DNA of 32,000 bases from Desulfocapsa sulfexigens DSM 10523 (GTDB lineage: Bacteria; Desulfobacterota; Desulfobulbia; Desulfobulbales; Desulfocapsaceae), in contig NC_020304.1 in assembly GCF_000341395.1 (NCBI RefSeq), positions 1,260,001 through 1,292,000 on the forward strand, written 5' to 3'. Position numbers and translations under genes: made by a program. Under the pieces are notes generated by a model. That model was given only the letters and a program-made list of their open reading frames with translations, was not told the DNA's origin and did no database searches. Of the stretch, positions 1 through 7,347 are shown piece by piece (positions within the stretch are counted from its first letter, which is position 1; each line of letters begins with the position of its first letter).

Positions 1-479
1 CTGAACGATTGGATTTCCTGGTTCAGGAATGTATCACCAGGCAGCAGCATGTTGCTGCTGAACGAAACATTACAATCGAAATGTCCCTTAAAGGGGTGCT
101 CTCTCCAGTTTTCTTTGACCACTTGCGAATGGAACAGGTTATTTCCAATATCCTGTCCAACAGTATCAAGTTTTCTCCTGCGGATAGGCGGATAATAGTG
201 TGTGTCAACCAGGACATTCAGGACATTACTGTGGAGATTTGTGATCGTGGTAAGGGGATAGATGAGGAAGAAATAGCTAATATTTTTGATCGTTATTATA
301 TGGGGCGCACCAATTTTGATGTACGTCCAGAAGGTTCCGGTCTTGGACTTTATATTGTTAAAAATATAATCAATCTCCATGGTGGGGAAGTTTTTGCCAG
401 AAACCGAAAAAGAGGTGGCAGTTGTTTTACTGTACGTATCCCTGTAAAAGCAAATGAATCAGTAATGGATAAGCAATGA
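1..479 (+). CDS. Sensor histidine kinase, C-terminal HATPase_c part (5' end lies outside the window)
   Basis: The reading frame is open from the window edge. N-box 'SNILSNSIKFSP', G1 'DRGKGIDEEE', F 'FDRYY' and G2 'GSGLGLYIVKNI' are present. The stop overlaps the next start as ATGA (476-479). Confidence 0.85.
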   Translation, partial: ERLDFLVQECITRQQHVAAERNITIEMSLKGVLSPVFFDHLRMEQVISNILSNSIKFSPADRRIIVCVNQDIQDITVEICDRGKGIDEEEIANIFDRYYMGRTNFDVRPEGSGLGLYIVKNIINLHGGEVFARNRKRGGSCFTVRIPVKANESVMDKQ

Positions 480-1390
480 GTAACCAAAATATTTTGATTA
501 TAGATGATGATCAGGCCCAGCACGAAATTTTAGGGGAACATCTTGAACTGGCGGGGTTTTCCCCCCTTCATGCAGGGTGCAGTAAGGAGGGCTTTGAGGT
601 TTTGAAAAAGCAGGATGTTGCCCTGATCCTTCTTGACATCAATATGCCCGAGATAGATGGATTTCAAACCATTAAAGTCCTGCGGACACATCCTCGAAGT
701 GTTGATATTCCAGTACTTTTTCTCACCAGCCTTGACCGCCAGTATCTCAAAATCAAGGGACTTGAACTTGGAGCTGATGATTATGTGACAAAGCCCTATA
801 ACGGTGCGGAACTCATGGCCAGGATTAAGGCAATTCTTCGTAGGAAAGGGAAACATCCTGCTGGGAACAAAGCTGCCCTCAGCGGCGATATCAAGGAAAT
901 CGGACTAGGCGACCTCCTGCAAAATATTGATGGTTCACAAAAGAATGGAATAATAACATTTACTGAAATGGATGGAGAACTTGTACTTGTTGATGGGAGT
1001 ATTGTTTCTGCAAAACAGGGGAGCAGCCGGGGAATGGAAGCACTGCTTCGTTTAATGCTCTTGGAACAGGGACATTTTATGGTTTCTTATCAGGATATTC
1101 CAGATACAAAAACGGATCAGACTATCCCTGTTATGAAAGCACTTCTGGATGGTGTTTATGAGGTGGATCAAATTCGAATGGCAGTTGAAGAGACCACTCA
1201 GCAGAAAGATCCATTTCTGGAGTTAACCGGGAATTTAAGTGCCCAAAATTATAGAATTGATAGATTTAAGGCAAAATTTCCTTGTCGTTTTATTGATCTG
1301 GTAACGACCATGGATGGGGCACTGCGAAACAATGTTGAGACGGTACTCAATGCTATTCGAAGCAATGCCGTAGTTTGCCTTAAAAAATAG
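476..1390 (+). CDS. Response regulator: REC receiver domain plus a C-terminal DUF4388-like domain
   Basis: Receiver motifs 'ILIIDDD', 'LILLDINMPEIDGF' and 'ADDYVTKP' are present. The following 'GDLLQNIDGSQKNGIITF..GELVLVDGSIVSAKQGSSRGMEALLRLM' matches the DUF4388 pattern as I remember it. The start is translationally coupled to the upstream kinase. Confidence 0.85.
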   Translation: MSNQNILIIDDDQAQHEILGEHLELAGFSPLHAGCSKEGFEVLKKQDVALILLDINMPEIDGFQTIKVLRTHPRSVDIPVLFLTSLDRQYLKIKGLELGADDYVTKPYNGAELMARIKAILRRKGKHPAGNKAALSGDIKEIGLGDLLQNIDGSQKNGIITFTEMDGELVLVDGSIVSAKQGSSRGMEALLRLMLLEQGHFMVSYQDIPDTKTDQTIPVMKALLDGVYEVDQIRMAVEETTQQKDPFLELTGNLSAQNYRIDRFKAKFPCRFIDLVTTMDGALRNNVETVLNAIRSNAVVCLKK

Positions 1391-1581
1391 CCTGGCCCTT
1401 GGTTGTTTCCTTTCACCGTGGAGGTTTGCAGAGTGCTGCGAAGAAGGGTTGCTTTTTGTATAAAAACTTGATTTGCCTTGACCCCTGGTCTTATGAAAAG
1501 GTAATAATGAGTAAATTAAAAAGAATCGTCTCGTCGTTCAGGGGCGAAGGCAATACTAAAAGATAGAAGAAGTGAGAGAAT

Positions 1582-1932
1582 ATGCTGTCTAACCGTTCTG
1601 TTTGGAAGTGTTTTGTGAAATTGGGAGTTCTACTGGTGCTGGGTTCCCTGGCCGCTTGTAGCCAAAAAATGTATGGAGTTGTGAAGGTTGAGACGATTCC
1701 TCCTGGAGCAGAAGTTATTAATCTGAAGGATGACACCCATCTCGGGATGACACCGCTTCTGGTAACCTGGGAGAGCGATAACGATGAGGCCAAGCATGCC
1801 ACCGTGGAATTGCGAAAGGCTGGATATATAGAAGAAATAACGTCTTTTTGGGTCACAATGCGTCATACTACAAAGGCAGACGCTATTCAGGAGCCGCAGC
1901 CCGTCACAGTTGAACTGAAAAAGAGGGACTAA
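1582..1932 (+). CDS. Lipoprotein with a PEGA domain
   Basis: Signal peptide with lipobox 'LGSLAAC'. 'VKVETIPPGAEVINL...LGMTPL' fits the PEGA motif. A purine-rich stretch 'GAGAGAA' sits just upstream of the ATG. Confidence 0.7.
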   Translation: MLSNRSVWKCFVKLGVLLVLGSLAACSQKMYGVVKVETIPPGAEVINLKDDTHLGMTPLLVTWESDNDEAKHATVELRKAGYIEEITSFWVTMRHTTKADAIQEPQPVTVELKKRD

Positions 1933-1938
1933 TACGAG

Positions 1939-2328
1939 ATGTGTGGGGAAAAAAAGAGTATTTTCAGGGTGTGTTTTCTGGTCAGTATTATAACTGCAAG
2001 TGTCCTGCTGGCCGGCTGTTCAAGTCAGAAAACTGTTCATTTCAAAATTAATTCCGTTCCCAAGGGGGCTCATGTCCTCTATCAGGTAATTGGTGAGGAT
2101 ATCCCCTGTCATGGACAATGGGTGTATCTTGGCAATACTCCTGTGCAAGGTGTACGTCAGTTTGATGAGGATCAGTTAGTGAGTGCGGAAAAAATCACCC
2201 TAAAAATTATGCATAATGGCTATCATGAGCAGGTAAAAGAATGGGATGGGCCGGGCTTGTGGCAAGAAGTTGAGGAGCGGGATGTTATTTTTTGGACCCC
2301 GGAACTGATTGCATCTGAAAAAGAGTGA
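1939..2328 (+). CDS. Lipoprotein with a PEGA-like domain (tandem paralogue-like neighbour)
   Basis: Lipobox 'LLAGCSS'. 'FKINSVPKGAHVLY...LGNTPVQG' is PEGA-like. It starts 6 nt after the previous stop. Confidence 0.65.
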   Translation: MCGEKKSIFRVCFLVSIITASVLLAGCSSQKTVHFKINSVPKGAHVLYQVIGEDIPCHGQWVYLGNTPVQGVRQFDEDQLVSAEKITLKIMHNGYHEQVKEWDGPGLWQEVEERDVIFWTPELIASEKE

Positions 2329-2402
2329 TCATCCCCACTCTCACAGAGCGTTGAGAGAATGAGATCATCGCTCCGTGAGTATATAGCAGAAAGAAAGTAT
2401 TC

Positions 2403-2753
2403 TCAAAAATTAAAGACCCTGGCCGTGGCGGCCATATCTATCAGGTTGCCTCCTGTATCCAGATTCATGTTGGAGAGGAATGTTTCTTCATTCAGATTTC
2501 TCCCTTGAGCGCATGGGGTGCAAACACCAGTGCTTACGCTCTTCTCTTCAAGGTAGGGGAGGTAATCTGCCACACAATCGCCTGTGGTGGTTTTGATCGT
2601 ACCATTTTTTCCCTTTACGGCCCATTCAACTCCATTGTCCACCAGAAAAATGTTGACCTTGTGTCCTTTGTCGTGGGCGATTTTGGAAAACTGGAAGCAT
2701 CGGGTTGCCTTTTCATTGTCGTCGGTGTGTAAAACAAAAAGAAATTCAGCCAT
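2403..2753 (-). CDS. DsrE/DsrF-like sulfur-relay family protein
   Basis: I place the start at the internal ATG (MAEFLFVLHTDD...) because AGGAGGA lies 7 nt upstream (2761-2767). The tracked ORF extends to 2906 without ribosome-binding-site support. 'FLFVL' and 'GVCTPCAQGR' fit a DsrE-type fold and active-site Cys region. Length is 116 aa. Confidence 0.75.
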   Translation of the reverse strand: MAEFLFVLHTDDNEKATRCFQFSKIAHDKGHKVNIFLVDNGVEWAVKGKNGTIKTTTGDCVADYLPYLEEKSVSTGVCTPCAQGRNLNEETFLSNMNLDTGGNLIDMAATARVFNF

Positions 2754-2871
2754 TTGGTTATCCTCCTGATGATATAAATTGTGGAAAGAATCTACACGTA
2801 ACGCACCGTTCTTTTGAACATATGTCCAAAAGAAACGCAAGGAAGTTTTTAAATTTAAATAGGGATTTATC

Positions 2872-3090
2872 ATGTATCTTCCAGCATTAGCCAGAGATCT
2901 GTACAAGAGTCAAAAGGTTGTTGAAAAGATTGAACAGCAGCTACGGAAAGCACCAGATATGGAACTACAGAGTCAGTTGAAAGATGCGTTGCGTCAGGCA
3001 AAGGCTGAGCTTGCACAGCTTCAGAAGCTGATGGAGGGGAGTAAAGAGCGGTCAAAGGCCTCTTTGAATAAGCCGAAATATCGTTTTTAA
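2872..3090 (+). CDS. Small hypothetical protein, predicted coiled-coil (72 aa)
   Basis: The ORF is Lys/Glu/Gln-rich with heptad-like sequence. It sits in its own gap, divergent from the DsrE-like gene, and is followed by a strong hairpin. The SD is weak and I recognise no family. Confidence 0.4.
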   Translation: MYLPALARDLYKSQKVVEKIEQQLRKAPDMELQSQLKDALRQAKAELAQLQKLMEGSKERSKASLNKPKYRF

Positions 3091-3143
3091 TCTCTTCTGG
3101 GTGAGCAATTGAGTAAGATGTGGAGACATAGGTTCAGAGGATT

Positions 3144-3180
3144 AGCCCGGATTTCTCATCAGTTCATGAGAAATCCGGCT
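3144..3180. terminator. Hairpin between convergent genes (putative bidirectional terminator)
   Basis: CCGGATTTCTCAT / ATGAGAAATCCGG forms a 13-bp perfect stem with a 6-nt loop, extendable to about 15 bp with one bulged C. There is no clear U-tract on either side. The 3' arm abuts the cupin stop codon. Confidence 0.5.
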
Positions 3181-3545
3181 TAGGAGGCATCCACCAGAGT
3201 AATAATATCTTTTTTGTTCGGTATTAAACAGAGAAAAATATAGTCTTCATCTGCGGAGGCTTTGTACCAGTGAGGGACACCCGCGGGGATCAGCAGCACA
3301 TCATCTTGTTTTGCCTGATACATTTTGTCACCAATGCCAACTTCTGCTGAGCCAGAGAGCACATACTGTTCGTGCTCTACTGAATTGGTGTGATTGGGCA
3401 TGGAGCCACCAGCCTTAATGGTAATTCTGCGCATAATGAAATTATCAGCAGCAGAGGGTGGAATAAGCACCTGCATGGAAGTATTTTTTGCTGCGCCAAT
3501 GGGAGTTGCCTCAACCTCTGAGGCCGGTGTGATTAGAGGTAACAT
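3180..3545 (-). CDS. Cupin-domain protein
   Basis: 'GGSMPNHTNSVEHEQYVLSGSAEV....DDVLLIPAGVPHWY' fits the two cupin motifs. It starts 6 nt after the stop of the upstream CoA-transferase/GNAT gene, so the two are probably co-transcribed. The start is uncertain because there is no SD. Confidence 0.75.
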   Translation of the reverse strand: MLPLITPASEVEATPIGAAKNTSMQVLIPPSAADNFIMRRITIKAGGSMPNHTNSVEHEQYVLSGSAEVGIGDKMYQAKQDDVLLIPAGVPHWYKASADEDYIFLCLIPNKKDIITLVDAS

Positions 3546-3551
3546 AATTGG

Positions 3552-5417
3552 TTATTTTTTTTCGTTGAAGTTAAAACGAAAAGAGAAGGTCTCTCCTTCC
3601 GATTCAAATTTGATCACATATGGAGAAGTTTTCAAGAGATGGAGCATCGAGTCATTCATGCGCAACACCTCACCCATGAATCCATTAATCCGTTTCTCCT
3701 TGGCTATATCTATCAATTTGTTCAGCATGTGTCTACTGAAGCCTTGGTTTCTATATCCTTTTGCTACAGTAAATGCAACTTCTGCCATGTTGATAGAACG
3801 ATTGAGGAAGTATGAGCCGATGGATACGATTTTCTGCTTATCCTCATCTCCAATGATGCCAACTATGGCGAAGATAGATTCATAATCCACATTGACTGCT
3901 GTTTGGGTTTCCTGGTGGGAGAAAGTGCTTTTAGGCGAAAAAAATCTGAAACGTCTGTCCTCCGGGTCAAGCTCATAGTAGAGTTCCTGCAACATACGTT
4001 CATCTGTGTTTTTTACCGGACGAAAAAAAATGTGCTCATTGTCTGGTGTGGTATAACTCCACTCGTATTCCTCCGGATAGAGAATAACCACTCCATCCTG
4101 AGTCAGGGGAAGCATTTGATCCTGATAGATGAAATGGAGTTTTTGGGCCTGCTCCAGGAGTTCTTTTCTGAATTTGGGATGAGCGATGCCTATCATCTGT
4201 AAAACCCGATTACGGATGGATTTACCATGGAGAAAAGCAACACCCCACTCCGTAATAACGTAGTGTACTTCACTCCTGGGGATAACAACCCCTGCACCGG
4301 CGTCCAGAGTTACCACAATTCGTGACGTTTGACCGTCGGCGGTGATACTGGGGAGACAGATGATCGGTTTACCACCTTCAGAAAGTGCGGCTCCTCGGGA
4401 AAAATCGAGTTGGCCTCCGACGCCACTGTATATTTCTGCTCCAATACTGTCGGAGTTAACCTGGCCAGTAACTGAAACAGACAGAGCTGCATTAATGGAG
4501 AGTTGTTTCGTATTTTTGGCAATATTAAAGATGTTATTGATTGTCTCGGTGGACTGGAATTCTATGAAGGGATTTTCGTTCACATAGTCATAGAGTCGAC
4601 GTGTGCCCATGGCAAAAGAGGTGAGGATGTGGGGACGGTAGCTTTTACGGCAGTTAATCACCCCGGATTCAACCAAATCAATTACAGAGTCTGATATAAC
4701 CTCACTATACACTGACAGATCCTTCTTGTCGGTGAGATGCATTAATACCGCATTGGGAATACTTCCGATACCAAACTGTAGAGTTGAACCATTTTCTATG
4801 ATTCTTGCACAGTACTTCCCGATCTTTTTTGTGAGTTCATCGGGCTCGGGATATCGAAACTCCAAAAGATCTGTCTCTTCATAGACAAAGTGGTCAATAT
4901 CGTCGAAACGAACAAAGGAGTCACCACTGGTCCTTGGCATTCCCGGATTGATCTGGGCAATGACAATTTTTGAGTGTTCAAATACGGTTCGATTAATATC
5001 AACATTTATACCAAGAGAGCAAAATCCGTGCTTGTCAGGAGGAGAGAGCTGAAGGAGTGCCACGTCAATTCGGAGCCGTCCAGATTGGATGAGTAGGGGG
5101 ATATCAGACAGAGAAATGGGGATATAGTCTGCTTTGCCTTCGTTGACTGCCCTGCGGATCGAACTTCCGACAAAGAGGGCTTGATGTCTGTAAAGTGAAG
5201 GCTCCTGATCATCAAAAAACTTGTTATCAGACAGGGTGAGAAAATGGACAATCTCGCAATCATTAAAGCGATGCTTGTTTTTAGCTAATTGTTCCGTTAG
5301 TCTAACTGGTTCACTGCAGCCGGTTCCTATAAAAATCCGTGACCCGGCTTCTATGAACTGATGGAGATTTTCTGCCTTGATTTCAAGGTTTTTCTTTTGC
5401 TCACGCCAATCTTGCAT
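3552..5417 (-). CDS. Acetyl-CoA hydrolase/CoA-transferase family domain fused to a C-terminal GNAT (Pat-type) acetyltransferase domain
   Basis: The N-terminal ~430 aa carry 'IFIGTGCSEP', 'ADYIPISLSDIP', 'GFCSLG' and 'VGGQLDF', typical of the acetyl-CoA hydrolase / 4-hydroxybutyrate CoA-transferase family. The C-terminal 'FRPVKNTDERMLQELYYELDPEDRRFRFF....AEVAFTVAKGYRNQGFSRHML' fits the GNAT of Pat-like lysine acetyltransferases. I chose the start at 5417 (MQDW) because GGAGG lies 8 nt upstream. The alternative in-frame start is at 5492. Confidence 0.85.
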   Translation of the reverse strand: MQDWREQKKNLEIKAENLHQFIEAGSRIFIGTGCSEPVRLTEQLAKNKHRFNDCEIVHFLTLSDNKFFDDQEPSLYRHQALFVGSSIRRAVNEGKADYIPISLSDIPLLIQSGRLRIDVALLQLSPPDKHGFCSLGINVDINRTVFEHSKIVIAQINPGMPRTSGDSFVRFDDIDHFVYEETDLLEFRYPEPDELTKKIGKYCARIIENGSTLQFGIGSIPNAVLMHLTDKKDLSVYSEVISDSVIDLVESGVINCRKSYRPHILTSFAMGTRRLYDYVNENPFIEFQSTETINNIFNIAKNTKQLSINAALSVSVTGQVNSDSIGAEIYSGVGGQLDFSRGAALSEGGKPIICLPSITADGQTSRIVVTLDAGAGVVIPRSEVHYVITEWGVAFLHGKSIRNRVLQMIGIAHPKFRKELLEQAQKLHFIYQDQMLPLTQDGVVILYPEEYEWSYTTPDNEHIFFRPVKNTDERMLQELYYELDPEDRRFRFFSPKSTFSHQETQTAVNVDYESIFAIVGIIGDEDKQKIVSIGSYFLNRSINMAEVAFTVAKGYRNQGFSRHMLNKLIDIAKEKRINGFMGEVLRMNDSMLHLLKTSPYVIKFESEGETFSFRFNFNEKK

Positions 5418-5544
5418 ATGGATTGTCCTCCAATGAGAGGGTATTGAAGATTGCTTAGTCTCCAAGTTGTGTCTTTTGGTCTGTTTCACCACAAAAATTA
5501 ACCTGATTATTATTGAAACTCAGCTTTGCAACCCGGAGTTGTTC

Positions 5545-5631
5545 CGTGTCGATTATATGGGACGCCATAAAACCATCCCCGGTGGCTCTGCTGCGGCCGT
5601 CCAGGCCGAAGATGCCCATATAATCAACACG
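5545..5631. repeat. 17-bp inverted repeat flanking a 53-nt spacer; each arm contains TATAAT
   Basis: CGTGTCGATTATATGGG (5545-5561) pairs with CCCATATAATCAACACG (5615-5631). The single mismatch becomes a G.U pair only in the minus-strand RNA. Confidence 0.6.
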
Positions 5632-5668
5632 AAAAAACTCCTCCTCAGGCGGGTAGGCTGAGGAGGGG
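5632..5668 (-). terminator. Rho-independent terminator-like hairpin (minus strand) in the leader of the CoA-transferase/GNAT gene
   Basis: The minus strand reads CCCCUCCUCAG-(9 nt)-CUGAGGAGGAG followed directly by UUUUUU. The perfect part of the stem is 9 bp and GC-rich. Confidence 0.55.
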
Positions 5669-6201
5669 TGGTAATTGGTAAAATTAATAAAAAATAGTTG
5701 ATCTTTATTACGGAGGATATCAGATTTGCCTCAATTTTACATCCGCTTTGTTGTTGCCCAGTTGTAGAGAAAGGAAAAATTTTAGTCTGTTGGGTATGGC
5801 CAAAGGACAGGTGAAACCAATAGAGTTGGAGAAAATTTTCCTGATCAGGAAATATTCCAAAGAACAGTCAAGGCTTCCGCCAAGCCTCCTAACCAGATGT
5901 ACCAGAGAGCATTTTTATTGTTGCACCCTGATTGTGATCTTACCACAAAAAAGCGTCCTCAAATGTGAATTGCTTTTCTATTATGCTCCTTCAGTCTTTG
6001 GTTTTTATAGTATATCATTGAACTTGCAAAAAATATTTTTGTTGTTATTGGGTGATGAAAACGTTAATCATGTCCACCTCCTGCTAGAAAGATCCTATTA
6101 TCATTTTTTGTCTTGTCTTTCGAGCATGACCATTACTAATGGTAGGTATTTGTTGTAGAAAATAGTTAGGATGTAAGTAAAAATGTACAGCTTTAGTAGA
6201 G

Positions 6202-7347
6202 ATGAAAATATTGCAGAAAAAAAATAATATCAGTTTTTACAGAAAACTGAAGACGAGTCTGGCTTTGATGGGGATTATTCCCTTTCTTCTGGCTGTCTAC
6301 CTTTTTACGCGCCGAACAGAATTAAGTAGTACATTGGTGATTTTCAGTGCTGCACTGGTCCTGATCAGCATACTCATGGGATTTACCATGTTGCGAAGGT
6401 CTTCGGATCAAATGCGGGCACTTGCAAGAAAGACTGCAATACTTGATTCCGGTGATATTCTGGAACCAGTCGATGTCAATGTTGAGGGGGAATTGTATGA
6501 TATTGCAGCAAATTTTAACTCGGTGGTTGAAAAGCTTAATCGCACAAACCGTGACATGCAGAGTCGAAGTTTTCAACTCCAGGAGTTTGCCAGTAATTTG
6601 TCTGAATCCTATGAACAGCTTGAAAAAGAGAACAGGTTACGTAATCAACTCTGTCGCTATGTCGGTAAGGATCTTGTCGACAAACTGATGGTGTCGAGAG
6701 ATGGTCAATTGTTAAAGAATGAAAGAAAAGATGTGACGATTCTTTTTGCTGATATTCGGTCATTCACCGCGTTGTCTGAGCACATGGAGCCTGAAGAGGT
6801 TGTTGCCATGCTCAATGAATATTTCTCAATAATGATTGAAATTATATTTAAGTATAACGGGATGCTTGATAAGTTCGTGGGAGATCAGATCATGGCCGTT
6901 TTCGGTCATATCTCCAATGAAAAAGATGGCGCAAGGTCAGCAGTGCGGGCAGCGCTTGATATGCAGAAAGCCACTGCAGCTCTGATGAAAGAACGCGCTG
7001 GAAGGGATCAGCCTGTATTCAAAATAGGTATAGGGATTAATACTGGAAGTGCAATCCTCGCCAGTGTGGGATCAGCAAACAGGAAAGATTATACTGTTAT
7101 TGGGGATACGGTTAACACTGCAGCGCGACTAGAGGCTCACGCTGCTGGCCGAGAGATAGTTCTTGGGGAGCGCACCTGTTATCATCTTCCTAAAAAATTA
7201 CCCCGTAGTGCAAGGCAGGAGTTGAAAATGAGAAATCGCTCGGGAGCTTTGGCCTGTTACACATTAGTTACCAGGGAAAACAAGGTAGTCATAAGACCCA
7301 AAACTGAAAAAAATCCTCTCATGACTTCTGTTCAGGCTGCCTGCTGA
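6202..7347 (+). CDS. Membrane-anchored class III adenylate cyclase (2 TM, HAMP-like linker, CHD)
   Basis: Two N-terminal hydrophobic helices are present. 'VTILFADIRSFTALSE', 'DKFVGDQIMAVFG' and 'YTVIGDTVNTAARLE' are class III cyclase motifs. The Lys (DKF) plus Thr (YTV) specificity pair suggests ATP as substrate. Confidence 0.9.
   Translation: MKILQKKNNISFYRKLKTSLALMGIIPFLLAVYLFTRRTELSSTLVIFSAALVLISILMGFTMLRRSSDQMRALARKTAILDSGDILEPVDVNVEGELYDIAANFNSVVEKLNRTNRDMQSRSFQLQEFASNLSESYEQLEKENRLRNQLCRYVGKDLVDKLMVSRDGQLLKNERKDVTILFADIRSFTALSEHMEPEEVVAMLNEYFSIMIEIIFKYNGMLDKFVGDQIMAVFGHISNEKDGARSAVRAALDMQKATAALMKERAGRDQPVFKIGIGINTGSAILASVGSANRKDYTVIGDTVNTAARLEAHAAGREIVLGERTCYHLPKKLPRSARQELKMRNRSGALACYTLVTRENKVVIRPKTEKNPLMTSVQAAC

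Noticed and set aside
1507-1566. 19-codon ORF (MSKLKRIVSSFRGEGNTKR) upstream of the PEGA lipoprotein gene
   Set aside because: It has only a weak SD-like AAAGG, no hydrophobic or otherwise recognisable feature and no terminator. I cannot tell it from chance.
1491-1856. 121-aa antisense ORF opposite the first PEGA lipoprotein gene
   Set aside because: It is a shadow ORF on the opposite strand of a gene with a clear signal peptide, lipobox and domain. It has no motifs and no SD.
2340-2405. Possible selenocysteine read-through of the TGA stop of the DsrE-like gene
   Set aside because: DsrE-like selenoproteins exist in deltaproteobacteria, and the frame stays open past the TGA. However, the protein is already full length (116 aa) with its Cys-containing active-site region. 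The extension runs antisense into the neighbouring lipoprotein gene, and I saw no SECIS-like hairpin directly after the TGA.
3394-3885. 163-aa plus-strand ORF spanning the cupin/GNAT gene junction
   Set aside because: It overlaps two well-supported minus-strand genes and shows no motif.
5838-5851. Perfect 14-bp palindrome TTCCTGATCAGGAA as a stand-alone regulatory site
   Set aside because: A perfect 14-bp palindrome is expected by chance about twice in 32 kb (32000 x 4^-7). It is not significant without conservation data, so I mention it only as part of the long-intergenic finding.
5748-6158. 136-aa plus-strand ORF in the long intergenic region
   Set aside because: It starts at a TTG codon with no SD. 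Its composition is odd (Leu/Cys/Tyr/Ser-rich, low complexity) and typical of translated AT-rich non-coding DNA. It shows no recognisable motif.
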